A stretch of 64,000 nucleotides of DNA from Massalongia carnosa (lineage: Eukaryota), in NCBI GenBank assembly GCA_965645245.1, contig OZ287075.1:248001-312000 (forward strand), read 5' to 3'. The position numbers and the translations under genes are program-made. Below the pieces are notes generated by a model. That model had not been told where the DNA came from, ran no database searches, and worked only from the letters and a program-made list of their open reading frames with translations. This document shows, piece by piece, positions 62,114-64,000 of the stretch (position 1 is the first letter of the stretch; the number at the start of each line of letters is the position of its first letter).

Positions 62114-64000
62114 GTGGAAAAGACATTGATTGTTTCAGCATCCACTGTTCAAAGCAGTGTCCCACAGGCCAACCCACAACCTTTCAAAAGTCAACCGATA
62201 GACTTCCCCGATCATGAGTCTATGCAAGCCGGTTCTTCATATCAACACAATTCTGCACATATTCATGAGGAGCAAAAGCAGACTCAGAGCTCAGAACCAA
62301 TAGCAATGACGCATAAGAAGAGAACCATAGAGAATCTCGATAAAATTCAATCATCGTCTAATCAAGTTCCTGAACAACACGTTCAAGACAATTTCCCAGC
62401 CGATATAGAGACGGCATTCGATCAAAATAGTGATTATGAGCGGGAAACTGATGAAGAGTTTCAAAAGGTTAATACTCGACCTACTTCAATCGCTGATACA
62501 TCGGTCTTTGCTGTCGGCTTAATTTCTTCAAATGCTATCATGACATTATCATCCAATCAACTCGCGGAATTTGATATAGAAAGCACAGACACCGCTGAGT
62601 CTTTCAACGAGTTTGCCCCTTCTGCTTCTGAAAGCACGATTGATGATGATATCCGGGTGCCCTCCCGCCCAGTACGAGGAGAAATATCGGATTTCTGCTT
62701 GGCTCTTGGTCTCTGGTGTGATAAAGAAGGCATCAAGCGACGCACCTATGATGGCCTGCTCGAAGTTTTGCAACTGTTAGACATTCATGAAGTGCGAAAT
62801 TTGCCAAAGCGACTATCAACTTTGCACTCCTGGTGCCGTAAGCGCCTTCCCCTTCCATCCATTCAGAAGGCAGCGATATCAGTACGACGAGAAAAACAAC
62901 CCACCGGAACACCAAGACCGGCTCAAGCGAACGTCTATTACTTTGATACTCGAACTGTCATCAGTATCTTACTTTCAGCCACGACTCAACGAAACATTCA
63001 TATCGGTATGGCAGAGATCGTTGATAGTCCTTCGGAATACTGGCACTCAAACAGTTGGGGTTCTTCTATTCGCACATGTTCCACTGATTTTGCGAGATTT
63101 CCCGATTCATCCCCTATTTTCCCCTCTGAAATTGTGCAGTATCGCTGTGGCAATGATAAATGTGGAATTATTCATGATAGTCACTGCGGACAGGTCATAT
63201 TTTTTGGACGTGATCAAAGATCGCGATCTCTGACCCTAGGTCAAACTCTTGTCAGGGTTCGTCCTTTGATAAGTAGAAAGAACGTCGACGAATATTCAGT
63301 TCCAGTCACGTTTGACTGGCCCGAAGATCAGTTGCTTTTGATAGAAGACGCGGATCAAGATGTCTTATCCGAGCATGTTCTAGCTCGCCGTTTCGATGTT
63401 GCAGTTTGTAGGGATGATCAGTTACGGTCTACAACGCTGTCTTAATTCGTCAGATATTCAACGTCACGCGAGGAGATCTTAGATCAATCAATCTTTCGTC
63501 ACCGATTCGAGCGGAATTAGAATTGGAGGTCTTTGGTCGAGAGTACCTAATCTCACAGCTAATTAAAGGAGTTCAGTCATATCCTCTAGTCATTTTCATC
63601 GACGATTTCGGGTTATATCGAAACATGTATCGTTCCATCACAGGTGTTTATGCCATGCCAGCAGGCTTGCCCGCCTCGGAACGTCAAAAGAGTTTTAATG
63701 CTTACACCATTGCTCTTGGCCCGCACGGATCCGAGTTTAACGATGTGATGAACTGTCTTCATACCAGTTTGGGAAACATGGATCGTGGTTGCATTCTTGA
63801 AATCAATGGACAGAAACAAGCGGCTTGGGCCCCGATTCTAGCATATCTTGGTGATATGAAGCAGCAGCAAGTCTCCGGAGGGTTTCTTGGGCCTCGTACC
63901 AACTATTGTTGTCGCTTTTGTGATGCGGGCCTTCATAATCGAGGAGATTTGCAGCGGGATATTCTACTTCATGGTCGTTATGATCATGAGGTGTTGGCTA
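62114..64000 (+). mobile_element. Large DNA-transposon transposase, CACTA/CMC- or Plavaka-like; frameshift at ~63412-63443; runs off the window end
   Basis: FCLALGLWC, IHIGMAEIVD-PSEYWHS-SWGSSIR, then in the next frame PLVIFIDDFGLYRNMYRSITGVY, LGPHG, YLGDMKQQ and CCRFC. This gives acidic catalytic-type residues followed by a CxxC, as in CMC-type transposases. Confidence 0.7.

Noticed and set aside
1..64000. Starship giant transposon
   Set aside because: No DUF3435 tyrosine-recombinase captain or boundary is visible in this window. It cannot be supported, though it is not excluded for the flanks.

Overview
Eukaryotic DNA from a filamentous ascomycete fungus, inferred from short GT-AG introns with CTRAC-type branch sites and from the gene and transposon families present. 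It is a gene-sparse, transposon-rich accessory-type region. Apparently intact genes: an intronless 401-aa unknown protein, a CE4 chitin/polysaccharide deacetylase, an iron-type lipoxygenase, a DUF6536-type membrane protein, a PTH11/rhodopsin-domain membrane protein, a nucleotidyltransferase-fold protein, an F-box-like protein, a 5-exon secreted metzincin protease with a tandem Cys/Trp repeat tail, an amino-acid permease and a 3-exon unknown gene. Disabled genes: OTT_1508-like deaminase, alginate-lyase-like enzyme, FAD monooxygenase, two F-box-like genes, and an Mx-like dynamin with a single frameshift. Mobile elements: one complete Tc1/mariner element (35498-36780); a nest at about 48.5-57.65 kb (a Tc1 split by a MULE, a second MULE with an 8-bp TSD, and a further Tc1 with D38E spacing); and the start of a CACTA/Plavaka-like transposase running off the right edge. 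The most notable signals are the co-location of several conflict/defence-type families, the bacterial-looking protease and 401-aa protein, and a 33-bp inverted repeat pair bracketing 7.8 kb. All family assignments come from motif recognition by eye, not from database searches.
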